Positions 29,686-38,724 of a DNA stretch of 59,077 nucleotides are shown here, in pieces. A model generated the notes under the pieces. It saw nothing but the letters and a program-made list of their open reading frames with translations, made no database searches and was not told where the DNA came from. The stretch comes from Candidatus Hadarchaeum sp. (lineage in GTDB: Archaea; Hadarchaeota; Hadarchaeia; Hadarchaeales; Hadarchaeaceae). The position numbers and the translations under genes were made by a program. The stretch lies in assembly GCF_049969415.1 (NCBI RefSeq), contig NZ_JBMFOX010000004.1:1-59077 (forward strand), read 5' to 3'. Within the stretch, counting starts at the first letter, position 1, and each line of letters begins with the position of its first letter.

Positions 29686-29872
29686 GAGGTTGTATCTTGC
29701 CGAGGCGGAAGAAATTAATTGCGTGTAGAATAAAATTGGGCCTCGTTTCAGAAGAACAACCCAACCGCCTTGAATTACTATGCAGCGCTTTCAATTTTTT
29801 GATTATCTGAGAATAGCGCTAAAGGGTTTTAAAAAGCAGCGCACAATATAGTCTCAGCCCCAAGGTGAATTT

Positions 29873-30694
29873 ATGCTGAAAAAGATGTCAATCCTGATGC
29901 TGGTCCTAGCGCTGTCGTCCGCGTTAATGCTTTCAGGGCTGGCCCAGGCGCAGGGACAAGGAAGCAGCGGTGATCTTTTCCGCATCATTAATAACCTAGA
30001 TACTTCGGCCGCATCTTTGCGCCGGGGCGATAGTGACTCGGCCAAGAACTACATCGGATTGGCCTTTCAGGACTATATCGCCAATTTCAGTTCAAGCGTT
30101 GCCGAAGTGAACTCTTCCCTCGATGAGCAAATCAAGAATAAATTTGCGGCGGTTTATCAGACGCCAGTAGAGTCAGAGATAATTTCCTTGAGGGCCGATG
30201 TTTCTAAAGCGACCTCGCTGGTGGGGGTATATTTATCGCCCCTTTTTGAATATTCCATCTTTGTGATCCTTGGAATCAGCTTGGCCGTGTCGTTTTTCGT
30301 GACTCTCATAACTAAAAAAATGGTAAACTGGGAACTGGTGAAACAGAACAAGGAGAAGATCGCCGCTTTCCAGAAAGAATACCGTGAGGCGATGAAGAAG
30401 AGGGACATGAAACTGGTGCACAAACTTCAGCTGCAGCAACCCGAGATAAACAAGCTTATGATGCAGAACACCTCGCAGACGATGAAACCGTCGATCATTT
30501 ATATGATCCCGCTTTTTGTCCTGTGGGTTGCGTTGAACCACTTCTTCAAGGGCTGGGTGGTGGCTTGGTTGCCGTTCGTTAGAATAGACCTTCCCTTTAT
30601 TGGCCCGTTGGTTGTCTTCGGGGTGGGCTGGTGGTACTTCATCACTTATCTTGGCTTCTCCCAGATCTTTAGAAAGGTCGTGATAGGTGATTAG
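29873..30694 (+). CDS. DUF106 / EMC3-TMCO1 (Oxa1 superfamily) membrane protein with N-terminal signal peptide and extra domain
   Basis: C-terminal half shows TM, coiled coil, MKP..., WY pattern; conserved position between secY and rpl34e; N-terminal hydrophobic stretch ending AQA. Confidence 0.85.
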   Translation: MLKKMSILMLVLALSSALMLSGLAQAQGQGSSGDLFRIINNLDTSAASLRRGDSDSAKNYIGLAFQDYIANFSSSVAEVNSSLDEQIKNKFAAVYQTPVESEIISLRADVSKATSLVGVYLSPLFEYSIFVILGISLAVSFFVTLITKKMVNWELVKQNKEKIAAFQKEYREAMKKRDMKLVHKLQLQQPEINKLMMQNTSQTMKPSIIYMIPLFVLWVALNHFFKGWVVAWLPFVRIDLPFIGPLVVFGVGWWYFITYLGFSQIFRKVVIGD

Positions 30695-30961
30695 TTGCCC
30701 GCGCGAAGATACCGATCCGGAACCTACAAGGAGAGACAGGTTCACACCCCTGGCGGAAGGGTGTCGAGGCAATATCGGGAGAGAAGAAAATCCGCCGCGG
30801 CCTGTGCTTTCTGCGGCCAGCCGCTGAGTGGCGTGCCTAGAAAGAACCGGGGCAGAATGGGAAGCCTGCCTCGCAGCCTGAGGATGCCGAACCGACCCTT
30901 TGGCGGCTATTTTTGTGCCGCCTGTTCTCGAAGGGCATTGATCGAAAAGGTCAGGGCCTGA
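30695..30961 (+). CDS. rpl34e: 50S ribosomal protein L34e
   Basis: TPGG, C..CG..L.GVP, RP.GG..C..C; TTG start. Confidence 0.93.
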   Translation: MPARRYRSGTYKERQVHTPGGRVSRQYRERRKSAAACAFCGQPLSGVPRKNRGRMGSLPRSLRMPNRPFGGYFCAACSRRALIEKVRA

Positions 30962-30965
30962 GAAA

Positions 30966-31505
30966 ATGGTAGCCGTTGCCATCAGCGGCCTACACGGTGC
31001 CGGGAAGTCAACAGCGGCTAAAGCTCTGGCAAAGCGGTTCAAAAGCCTGAGGTACATATGCGCCGGGGACATCTTCCGGGAGCTGGTCAAGGAAAAAGGC
31101 ATGACTTTGAAGGAAGGCCAGAGATATGCGGAACTTCATCCCTTCATTGACCAGATGATTGACAGAAAAATTGCCGATGCAGCGAGGGGCGGCAAGGTCT
31201 TGATTGATGCCCGTTTAGCGGGCTGGATGGCAAAGAAGGCGGATCTCAAGATATTCCTCACGGCACCGATAAAAGTGAGGGTGAAACGGATAGCTCAACG
31301 GGAGGGCCGGAGGTACCGCGATGTTTATGAGGAGACGGTCAAACGGGAGAAGAGTGAGGCAAAAAGATTTAAAAAACTATACAACATTGATGTTAACGAT
31401 TATTCGATTTTCGACATCGTGCTGAACACGGAAAGGTTGTCGCTCGCTGAGACAACCAAAATACTTGCCGCGGCAATTGAAGCGGTCATGAAAAGGAGGC
31501 GATAA
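30966..31505 (+). CDS. cmk: Cytidylate kinase (archaeal type)
   Basis: ISGLHGAGKST P-loop, AGDIFR, RLAGW; conserved position. Confidence 0.92.
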   Translation: MVAVAISGLHGAGKSTAAKALAKRFKSLRYICAGDIFRELVKEKGMTLKEGQRYAELHPFIDQMIDRKIADAARGGKVLIDARLAGWMAKKADLKIFLTAPIKVRVKRIAQREGRRYRDVYEETVKREKSEAKRFKKLYNIDVNDYSIFDIVLNTERLSLAETTKILAAAIEAVMKRRR

Positions 31506-31506
31506 A

Positions 31507-31740
31507 ATGGTGATGGAAGTGGGTCGGGTCTGCATAAAGATCGCCGGGCATGAAGCCGGAAGGCGTTGCGTGATCGTGGAAAAACTGGATGATACCTTTG
31601 TGGTAGTGGCTGGTGTGGGCGTTAAGCGTAGGCGGTGTAACATCGCCCATCTGGAACCCACCGAGAAAAAGCTTGAAATACAGAAAGGAGCCTCCGACGA
31701 AGAGGTAAAGCGAGCGCTCGAGGCCGCCGGTCTGTCTTAG
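31507..31740 (+). CDS. rpl14e: 50S ribosomal protein L14e
   Basis: EVGRVC.K.AG.EAG..CVIV, RRRCNI.HLEPT. Confidence 0.95.
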   Translation: MVMEVGRVCIKIAGHEAGRRCVIVEKLDDTFVVVAGVGVKRRRCNIAHLEPTEKKLEIQKGASDEEVKRALEAAGLS

Positions 31741-32733
31741 GTGTTCTACTTGGGAAAACTGCCCGGAGATATTAAACGCGAGGTGCTCGTCAAGGCCCAC
31801 GACACCACCGATCCGGAATACGGTTGTGACCCGTTAAAAAGGCCGATTCGGGAGCACATCCGGTTGGGCATGATTAACCTTGATAAACCTAGAGGGCCTA
31901 CCTCCCACGAGATCGTGGCTTGGATCAAGCTTTTGCTTAATTTGCAGAGGGCCGGGCACGGCGGAACACTCGATCCCGGGGTCAGCGGAGTTCTTCCGGT
32001 GGCCCTAGAGGATGCTACTAAAGTGGCCCGAACGCTGCTGCTTTCGGGGAAAGAATATGTTGGGGTGATGCACCTTCACAGTGAGGTCCCGCAAAACAAG
32101 CTGGAGCAAACCCTGTCGGATTTTCAAGGCGAGATATATCAGCGTCCACCGATGCGGGCAGCGGTTAAGCGTCAGCTTCGTGTCAGAAAGGTCTATTACA
32201 TCGAATTAATTGAGTGCGAGGGCAGAGAGGTCCTCATGCGGATAGGTTGCGAAGCCGGGACGTATATGCGTAAGCTGATGTCGGACATCGGTGAGGCTTT
32301 GGGGTGCGGGGCCCATATGAGCGAGCTGAGACGTACTAGAACGGGTCCTTTCTCAGAGAAGGATTCGGTCAGATTGCATGATATCTCCGACGCCTATGTT
32401 TTTTGGAAGGAGGAAGGCCGGGAGGAGCCCTTACGCCGTGTGATATTGCCCGTGGAGCTTTCAGTACAGCATTTGCCAAGGATAGTAGTTCGGGACGGAG
32501 CCGTCGACGCCATATGTCACGGCGCAAGCTTGGCGGCTCCCGGGGTACTTTCAGTCGACAGCGGAATTTCGGTCGGAGACTTGGTTGCCGTTTTCACCCT
32601 GAAGGGTGAGCTGATAGGTCTGGCACGTGCAGCGATGGGGTCCAAGGAAATTTATGAGGCCGACCACGGAATTGTGGCCAAACCTGAAAGGATAGTGATG
32701 AGCCCTGGGACCTATCCTAAAAAGTGGAAATGA
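31741..32733 (+). CDS. cbf5: H/ACA RNA-guided pseudouridine synthase Cbf5
   Basis: DKPRGPTSHE, GHGGTLDP, EAGTY.RKL, PUA domain. Confidence 0.97.
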   Translation: MFYLGKLPGDIKREVLVKAHDTTDPEYGCDPLKRPIREHIRLGMINLDKPRGPTSHEIVAWIKLLLNLQRAGHGGTLDPGVSGVLPVALEDATKVARTLLLSGKEYVGVMHLHSEVPQNKLEQTLSDFQGEIYQRPPMRAAVKRQLRVRKVYYIELIECEGREVLMRIGCEAGTYMRKLMSDIGEALGCGAHMSELRRTRTGPFSEKDSVRLHDISDAYVFWKEEGREEPLRRVILPVELSVQHLPRIVVRDGAVDAICHGASLAAPGVLSVDSGISVGDLVAVFTLKGELIGLARAAMGSKEIYEADHGIVAKPERIVMSPGTYPKKWK

Positions 32734-32804
32734 ATTCATTACCAGCGCTGTAATTTTAGTGCGGTTGAATGACATTTAAAGGTAAAAACACACTTTCATT
32801 GGGT

Positions 32805-32905
32805 GCCGGGGTAGCGTAGCCAGGTAACGCGCGAGCCTGGAGCCGGTGCTGGATAGCTCGTGGTCCTCACGGGCCGCAGGGGTTCAAATCCCCTCCCCGG
32901 CGCCA
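32805..32905 (+). tRNA. tRNA-Ser(GGA) with a 12-nt intron at 37/38 (32843-32854); CCA encoded
   Basis: CGAGC-CTGGAG[CCGGTGCTGGAT]A-GCTCG; long variable arm; T-arm and acceptor stem intact. Confidence 0.92.
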
Positions 32906-33040
32906 TTCGCGGTACCGAGGTCCATACCTAAGGCTTTTAACTGAAAGTTAACTATAATAACTGAACAGCTAAAAACCGCTGTTGTCAATAATTAAATAGG
33001 CAGTTATCTGAAAGGACTATGGCAAAAAGGCGTGGGATCA

Positions 33041-33574
33041 ATGCCTGAGTTCAAGCACATCGTGCGGATGGCAGGGAAGGACCTGTCTGGCGAAAAAAAG
33101 GTCCAGCTGGCGCTGACCGACATCAAGGGCGTCAGCTTTGCCTATGCTAGGGCGGCGGCTCTAGTGGCAGGCATCGACCCGACAATGAAGCTTGGAGACC
33201 TTACCAAGGAACAGGTGGAACAGCTGGAGAATATTCTCAGGAATCCTTCTCAATATGGTTTTCCCAGTTGGATGCTTAACCGGAGAAAGGACTATGATAC
33301 CGGTAAGGATGTCCATTTTATTGGTCCTGATGTTGATATGGCAGTTCGTTCGGACATAGGCAGGGAGCGCCGCATCCGCAGCCGGCGGGGGATAAGGCAC
33401 GAGCTCGGTTTGCCCGTCCGTGGTCAGCGCACGAGGACCACCGGTAGAAAGGGCCTGACGGTTGGGGTAAAGAGAAAGGAAGTTAGACTACGTGAGGAAG
33501 CCGCTAAGCCCGCCAAAGCGAAGAAGGAAAAAACCGAGTCCGCGCCGTCCGAGAAAGAGGCCAAGAAAGCCTAA
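33041..33574 (+). CDS. rps13: 30S ribosomal protein S13
   Basis: P.W.LNRRKD, RG.RH..GLPVRGQRTRT. Confidence 0.97.
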   Translation: MPEFKHIVRMAGKDLSGEKKVQLALTDIKGVSFAYARAAALVAGIDPTMKLGDLTKEQVEQLENILRNPSQYGFPSWMLNRRKDYDTGKDVHFIGPDVDMAVRSDIGRERRIRSRRGIRHELGLPVRGQRTRTTGRKGLTVGVKRKEVRLREEAAKPAKAKKEKTESAPSEKEAKKA

Positions 33575-33590
33575 GCTTGAGTGATGAAAG

Positions 33591-34178
33591 ATGAAACGCC
33601 AGAGGAAGAAATATCTCCGGCCTTCACACCCCTGGGAAAAGAACCGAATGGATGCCGAAGACGCGGTGCTCGCAAAGTTCGGGTTGCGAAGGAAGGAAGA
33701 GATCTGGCGGGCCCAAACTTTGTTAAGAAATTTCCGGAGGCAGGCTAGAGATTTATTGGCTGCTTCGGGTCCTCAAGCTGAGAAAGAGACTAAACAGCTC
33801 ATCGTCAGATTGCAGAGCTTGGGACTGGTGGGAGAAAATGCCACCTTGGACGATGTCTTAGGACTGACCGTTGAAAAGCTTCTGGAGAGGCGCCTTCAGA
33901 CAGTAGTTCATAGAAAGGGTTTGGCCCAGTCGATGTCACAGGCCAGACAGTTAATCACCCACGGCCATATAGCGATAGCAGGCAGACGTGTCAATGTTCC
34001 CAGTTATCTGGTCTCCGCCAAGGAAGAACCTCTAGTCGGTTATGCATCCGGTAAGCCCTTCACCGAGGGCAAGTTAGGAAGTCAGGGACCTTCTGAGCCC
34101 GTGAAGGCGTCGGGAGAGGAAGGGACAATTCCGGACACAGCCGGGGCAGACGAGCATAATGAGGAGGGAGAAAATTGA
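33591..34178 (+). CDS. rps4: 30S ribosomal protein S4
   Basis: [28 protein letters not shown]. Confidence 0.95.
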   Translation: MKRQRKKYLRPSHPWEKNRMDAEDAVLAKFGLRRKEEIWRAQTLLRNFRRQARDLLAASGPQAEKETKQLIVRLQSLGLVGENATLDDVLGLTVEKLLERRLQTVVHRKGLAQSMSQARQLITHGHIAIAGRRVNVPSYLVSAKEEPLVGYASGKPFTEGKLGSQGPSEPVKASGEEGTIPDTAGADEHNEEGEN

Positions 34179-34564
34179 CGGAAGGAAAATGGGGCATAGC
34201 TCACATCTATTCCTCTTTTAACAATACAATAATTCACATCACCGATTTGACCGGGGCCGAAACGGTCGCCAGATACTCCGGAGGAATGATAGTGAAAGCC
34301 GATCGAGAAGAGTCCTCCCCCTACGCCGCAATGCAAGCGGCGACTCGTGCGGCTGAGGAAGCGATAGAGAAGGGTTTCGTTGGGGTTCACATTAAGGTTC
34401 GAGCGCCCGGTGGCAGCGGGCCGAAGAGCCCGGGCCCGGGAGCACAGGCCGCGATCAGAGCCCTTGCTCGAGCCGGTTTGAAGATAGGCCGCATAGAAGA
34501 TGCCACACCCGTTCCTCACGATGGTTGTCGCAAGAAGGGCGGACGACGCGGGCGCCGGGTGTAG
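34175..34564 (+). CDS. rps11: 30S ribosomal protein S11
   Basis: [35 protein letters not shown]; TTG start. Confidence 0.97.
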   Translation: MTEGKWGIAHIYSSFNNTIIHITDLTGAETVARYSGGMIVKADREESSPYAAMQAATRAAEEAIEKGFVGVHIKVRAPGGSGPKSPGPGAQAAIRALARAGLKIGRIEDATPVPHDGCRKKGGRRGRRV

Positions 34565-34633
34565 TGGATCTGGTTATGGAGTTAAAGAGCAACTGTCACC
34601 ATCTGAGAATCAAAGGTTGGCGCTTGGATAGCT

Positions 34634-35551
34634 TCATAGCGATTTGAATAGTTCGTCGTATCCGGCCTTAATGGCGTCGGAGTAAAACCTTTGAACTCCT
34701 TCCTCAGTTTTGGGGTGCTTGAGCATGTCTCTGATAACTGAAAGCGGCGCTGTGCAAATATCGCATCCAGTTTCGGCCAGCTCCCGCATCTGGCGCGCGT
34801 TCCGGACGCTGGCGGCGATTATTTTCGTTGGGAGGTTATACTTTCTGAAGATGTTCACAATCTTCCTTACGCATTCCACGCCGCTGACAATCCCGCTGTC
34901 ATTTCCATTAGCTCGCAGCAGCCTAATCCTATCATCACAATAAATTTCAGAAATTTTTTCTTCGGAAGTTAGTTTCAACGTTTTGGTTAACCTTGATTTG
35001 AAGATCTCTTGAATCAGCTCAAAGTCAAAGTAGTCGTTCTTGCTAAAATTAATGTCTAATTTTTTCCGGATATAATCGTCAATCCTTCCAGCAAACGGGC
35101 TGACGTAGGTGGCCCCCGCCTTTGCCGCTAAAAGCGCCTGTTCCGGGGTCATGACTAGAGTGACATTGGTAGGAATGCCCTCCCTTTCTAGTTTTTTAAT
35201 GGCCGCCAGCCCTTCGTGATCGGTTCCCTTTTCCCCGGTGTGGGTATTTATTGGAATTTTTATCACGACGTTGTTGGCAACGGGGTTAAATTTTTGATAA
35301 AGGAATCTAGCTTCTTTCACCATTGAGTCGGCCTCCTGACTTATCACCTCAAGGCTAACGGGCCTTTCCCTTCCGGCGGCGCGGCAGATTTCTTCAATGT
35401 AGCTGCAGAGGTCAATGTACTTTCCACTTTTCCTCTCCTCTTCCACAGCCTCCCTGATTAAGCTGGGATTGGTCGTAACGCCATCAACTATTCCCCACGA
35501 GATGGCTTCCCTAATTTCGCCAACTTTTGCGGTATCGATGAATATCTTCAT
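34634..35551 (-). CDS. tal: Transaldolase (TalC/MipB class) with a large insertion
   Basis: DTA, GVTTNPSL, SLEV, IKIP Schiff-base Lys, YVSPFAGR (Phe points to transaldolase rather than FSA), AASVR. Confidence 0.88.
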   Translation of the reverse strand: MKIFIDTAKVGEIREAISWGIVDGVTTNPSLIREAVEEERKSGKYIDLCSYIEEICRAAGRERPVSLEVISQEADSMVKEARFLYQKFNPVANNVVIKIPINTHTGEKGTDHEGLAAIKKLEREGIPTNVTLVMTPEQALLAAKAGATYVSPFAGRIDDYIRKKLDINFSKNDYFDFELIQEIFKSRLTKTLKLTSEEKISEIYCDDRIRLLRANGNDSGIVSGVECVRKIVNIFRKYNLPTKIIAASVRNARQMRELAETGCDICTAPLSVIRDMLKHPKTEEGVQRFYSDAIKAGYDELFKSL

Positions 35552-35781
35552 GTCGAATCCATCTACTAATCAATTAATGGGTTAAAATGACTTTTGTGAG
35601 TTTTCCGCTGTGCTTGGTTTTTTCAGGACATAAGTTTCGAATACGATGGATCCCAGCGATATCCGGCGGGAGCTTGCTGGCTTCCGGTAAATTTAATGTC
35701 CGTCAAACTGTCATTTTTAAACCAAAAATGTTAAATTGAAGGCGAAATTAGTCTTCAACAATTAGTAAGCGTGGCTAGAAA

Positions 35782-36648
35782 ATGGCGCCCTTTAACAGAA
35801 AGATGGCACCACACGATGCCGAGTTGATAAAGAGGCTTTCCGAGATAGCGTTGACGATTAGGAGGTACTCCTTGATAATGACCACAAAGTCAGGTTCAGG
35901 ACACCCTGGCGGTTCCCTTTCCTGTGCCGACATCCTAGCAGCGATCTATTTTCACCAGCTGCGTTATGACCCCGAAAATCCCGCTTGGGAAGATCGGGAC
36001 AGGTTTATCCTCTCCAAGGGTCATGCCGCTCCCGCCCTTTATGCCGCTTTAGCAATCGCGGGCTTCTTTCCGACGGAAGAACTTTGGAATCTGAGAAAGG
36101 TTGGTAGCATTCTCCAAGGGCATCCAGACATGAGAAAGACGCCCGGGGTAGATGCCTCCACAGGCACGCTGGGCCAAGGTCTGTCAATAGGTGTTGGAAT
36201 GGCCTTGGCGTTTAGGTTGGACAAAAAGCCAAACCGTGTTTATGTTTTGCTTGGTGACGGGGAGTTAGATGAAGGGCAGATCTGGGAAGCGGCGATGTCC
36301 GCTTCTCATTATAAAATAGATAATTTGACCGCTATCGTCGACTACAACCGTCAGCAGCTCAGCGGGTGCACGGAGAAAGTGATGAACCTTGAACCAATCG
36401 GCGAAAAATGGAGCGCCTTTGGCTGGCACGTTATCAAGATAGACGGCCACGACATGAAGCAAATTTTGGATGCCATGGATGAAGCGGAAAAGGTGAGGGG
36501 AAAGCCCACCGTTATCATCGCTTATACAATAAAAGGCAAGGGGGTGCCCATGTTGGAAAAGTCATTCCTTGCAGGTGAATGCAAGTATCATGGCACTCCC
36601 TTAAGCGAGACAGAGCTGGCCAAAGCGTTGGAGGAATTATATGTTTGA
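35782..36648 (+). CDS. Transketolase, N-terminal (ThDP-binding) subunit
   Basis: SGHPGGSLS, DRFILSKGH, LQGHP, GDGE.DEG...N. Confidence 0.93.
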   Translation: MAPFNRKMAPHDAELIKRLSEIALTIRRYSLIMTTKSGSGHPGGSLSCADILAAIYFHQLRYDPENPAWEDRDRFILSKGHAAPALYAALAIAGFFPTEELWNLRKVGSILQGHPDMRKTPGVDASTGTLGQGLSIGVGMALAFRLDKKPNRVYVLLGDGELDEGQIWEAAMSASHYKIDNLTAIVDYNRQQLSGCTEKVMNLEPIGEKWSAFGWHVIKIDGHDMKQILDAMDEAEKVRGKPTVIIAYTIKGKGVPMLEKSFLAGECKYHGTPLSETELAKALEELYV

Positions 36649-37606
36649 GAAACTAGCCGGAACTAGAGAGGCATATGGGGAAACACTCGTTGAGCTGGGT
36701 CGTGAGGACAGGAATATCGTGGTTCTAGATGCCGATCTTTCTCCGTCAACCAGAACGATTCTTTTTGCTCAAGAATTTCCAGAGAGATTTTTCGACGTAG
36801 GGGTGGCTGAGGCGAACCTGATTTCAATTGCCGCCGGATTGGCCTCTGCCGGCAAGATAGCCTTTGCCAGCACTTTTTCTGTATTTGGCGTGGAAAAAGG
36901 CTTGAACCAGTTCAAGCAATCCGTGGCATATCCTAATTTAAACGTTAAGCTGGTCACCACTCATGGTGGCATAAGCGTAGGGGAGGACGGTTCCTCCCAC
37001 TTCTGTATTGAGGACATTGCCGTCATGCGGTCCTTGCCTAATGTCACTGTGATTCTACCTGCCGATGCGGTAGAGACTAGGGTGGCCACCAAGAAAATTG
37101 CAAAAACCTATGGCCCCGTTTATATGAGACTAAATCGTCCCAAGACTCCCCAGATTTATGAAGAAGGGTACAGGTCTCAGGGAAAGAAGCTAAAATTTGA
37201 GATAGGGCGGAGCATTTCTCTCAAGGAAGGGGAGGATGTCACCATCTTGGCCACCGGCGTTATGGTTTCCGAGTCCTTAAAGGCGGCACAGGAATTGTCG
37301 AACCGAGGGATAAAAGCCGGTGTCATAAACTTCCACACCATCAAACCAATTGATAAAGAGACGATTTTGCGCGCCGCGGCAGATACCGGTGCCATCGTAA
37401 CGGTTGAGGAACACACTATTTTTGGGGGACTCGGCGGAGCCGTTGCAGAGGTCCTCGCGGAGGAGAATCCAGTTCCAATGGTTCGGGTGGGTATAAAAGA
37501 TACCTATGCCGAGTCGGGACCCTGGAGAGAACTTTTTGCCAAATACGGGCTGACGAGTGCAGATATAGTTAAAGCTGCAGAGAAGTTAGTGAGGAGGAAA
37601 AGATAG
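36641..37606 (+). CDS. Transketolase, C-terminal subunit
   Basis: LDADL..ST, GVAEAN, GEDG.SH, VEEH...GGLG. Confidence 0.93.
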   Translation: MFEKLAGTREAYGETLVELGREDRNIVVLDADLSPSTRTILFAQEFPERFFDVGVAEANLISIAAGLASAGKIAFASTFSVFGVEKGLNQFKQSVAYPNLNVKLVTTHGGISVGEDGSSHFCIEDIAVMRSLPNVTVILPADAVETRVATKKIAKTYGPVYMRLNRPKTPQIYEEGYRSQGKKLKFEIGRSISLKEGEDVTILATGVMVSESLKAAQELSNRGIKAGVINFHTIKPIDKETILRAAADTGAIVTVEEHTIFGGLGGAVAEVLAEENPVPMVRVGIKDTYAESGPWRELFAKYGLTSADIVKAAEKLVRRKR

Positions 37607-38314
37607 ATGAAGATAAAGATCGCCCCGTCTTTACTTTCAGCCGACTTCAGCCAGCTCGGTTTAGAAATAAAAAAGACAGAAGAAGCCGGGGCAGATCTCA
37701 TCCACTGGGATATAATGGACGGACATTTCGTGCCCAACATAACCTTTGGTCCTGCGGTGGTCAAGAGGTTGAGGGAGAAGACCAAGTTACCTTTTGATGT
37801 TCATCTCATGGTTGAAAGACCGGACAACTTTTTGGAGGACTTCATCAGTGCCGGAGCGGATATGGTCTCCGTACATGCTGAGGCCAGCGTCCATCTGCAG
37901 CGCACCATCCATCATGTTAAAGAGCTTGGAGCTAAAGCTGGAGTGGCGCTTAATCCAGCCACACCGTTAAATATGCTCGATTTTGTCTTGGAGGATCTCG
38001 ATTTTGTCTTGATAATGACGGTAAATCCGGGCTTCGGGGGTCAGAAGTTCCTGCCTTCCATAGTGCCTAAGATAAGAAAGGTCAAGGAGATGGTCGAGAA
38101 ACACGGCTTGGGCACCGAAATAGAGGTGGATGGCGGGCTGAACGAAGAGAACGTTCCCTTGGTCGTGGAGGCGGGAGCGAACATATTGGTTGCCGGTTTT
38201 TCGGTCTACGGTAAAGGTGATATAATTAAAAACATCAGGATTTTGAGAAGAAGTGCCGAAAAAGCGGTTGGGCGCGAGGGGTTTGAGCCCAAAACCGAGA
38301 CTCGAAAACCTTAA
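37607..38314 (+). CDS. rpe: Ribulose-phosphate 3-epimerase
   Basis: PSLLSADF, H.DIMDGHFVPN, DVHLM, MTVNPGFGGQ, VDGG. Confidence 0.97.
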   Translation: MKIKIAPSLLSADFSQLGLEIKKTEEAGADLIHWDIMDGHFVPNITFGPAVVKRLREKTKLPFDVHLMVERPDNFLEDFISAGADMVSVHAEASVHLQRTIHHVKELGAKAGVALNPATPLNMLDFVLEDLDFVLIMTVNPGFGGQKFLPSIVPKIRKVKEMVEKHGLGTEIEVDGGLNEENVPLVVEAGANILVAGFSVYGKGDIIKNIRILRRSAEKAVGREGFEPKTETRKP

Positions 38315-38374
38315 AAAGGAAATGAGACGAACTTTAATGGCGAAATGGATAAATTGGATTCTAACCGCTTTCTG

Positions 38375-38449
38375 GGGCCCGTAGCGCAGTCTGGTTAGCG
38401 TACCGGCCTTTTAAGCCGGCTGTCGAGGGTTCGAATCCCTCCGGGCCCG
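38375..38449 (+). tRNA. tRNA-Lys(TTT), CCA not encoded
   Basis: GGGCCCG/CGGGCCC acceptor stem, CCGGC-CTTTTAA-GCCGG, GGTTCGAATCC. Confidence 0.95.
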
Positions 38450-38473
38450 CCTGTGAATGCGGTTGGTGAAAAA

Positions 38474-38716
38474 ATGCCGGAAGAATTCCAAGTCGGAAGG
38501 CACGTGCTGGTGCCGAAGCATGAAGTCCTATCCAAGGACAAGGTAGAAGAGTTACTCCAGAAGTATAAGATAAGCCTTTATCAACTTCCACTGATAAAAA
38601 GTTCAGATCCTGCGGTGAAGGAAATAGGGGGCAAGCCAGGCGATGTTATTAAGATCACTAGGAACAGCCCCACCGCCGGGAAAGCGGTTGCTTACAGGTA
38701 TGTGATTGAGGGATAG
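38474..38716 (+). CDS. rpoH: RNA polymerase subunit H (Rpo5)
   Basis: HVLVPKH, LP.I..SDP, R.SPTAG...YR.V. Confidence 0.97.
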   Translation: MPEEFQVGRHVLVPKHEVLSKDKVEELLQKYKISLYQLPLIKSSDPAVKEIGGKPGDVIKITRNSPTAGKAVAYRYVIEG

Positions 38717-38724
38717 GTGGTAGG

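Noticed and set aside
38361-38591. 76-aa minus-strand ORF
   Set aside because: It is the antisense of tRNA-Lys and rpoH.
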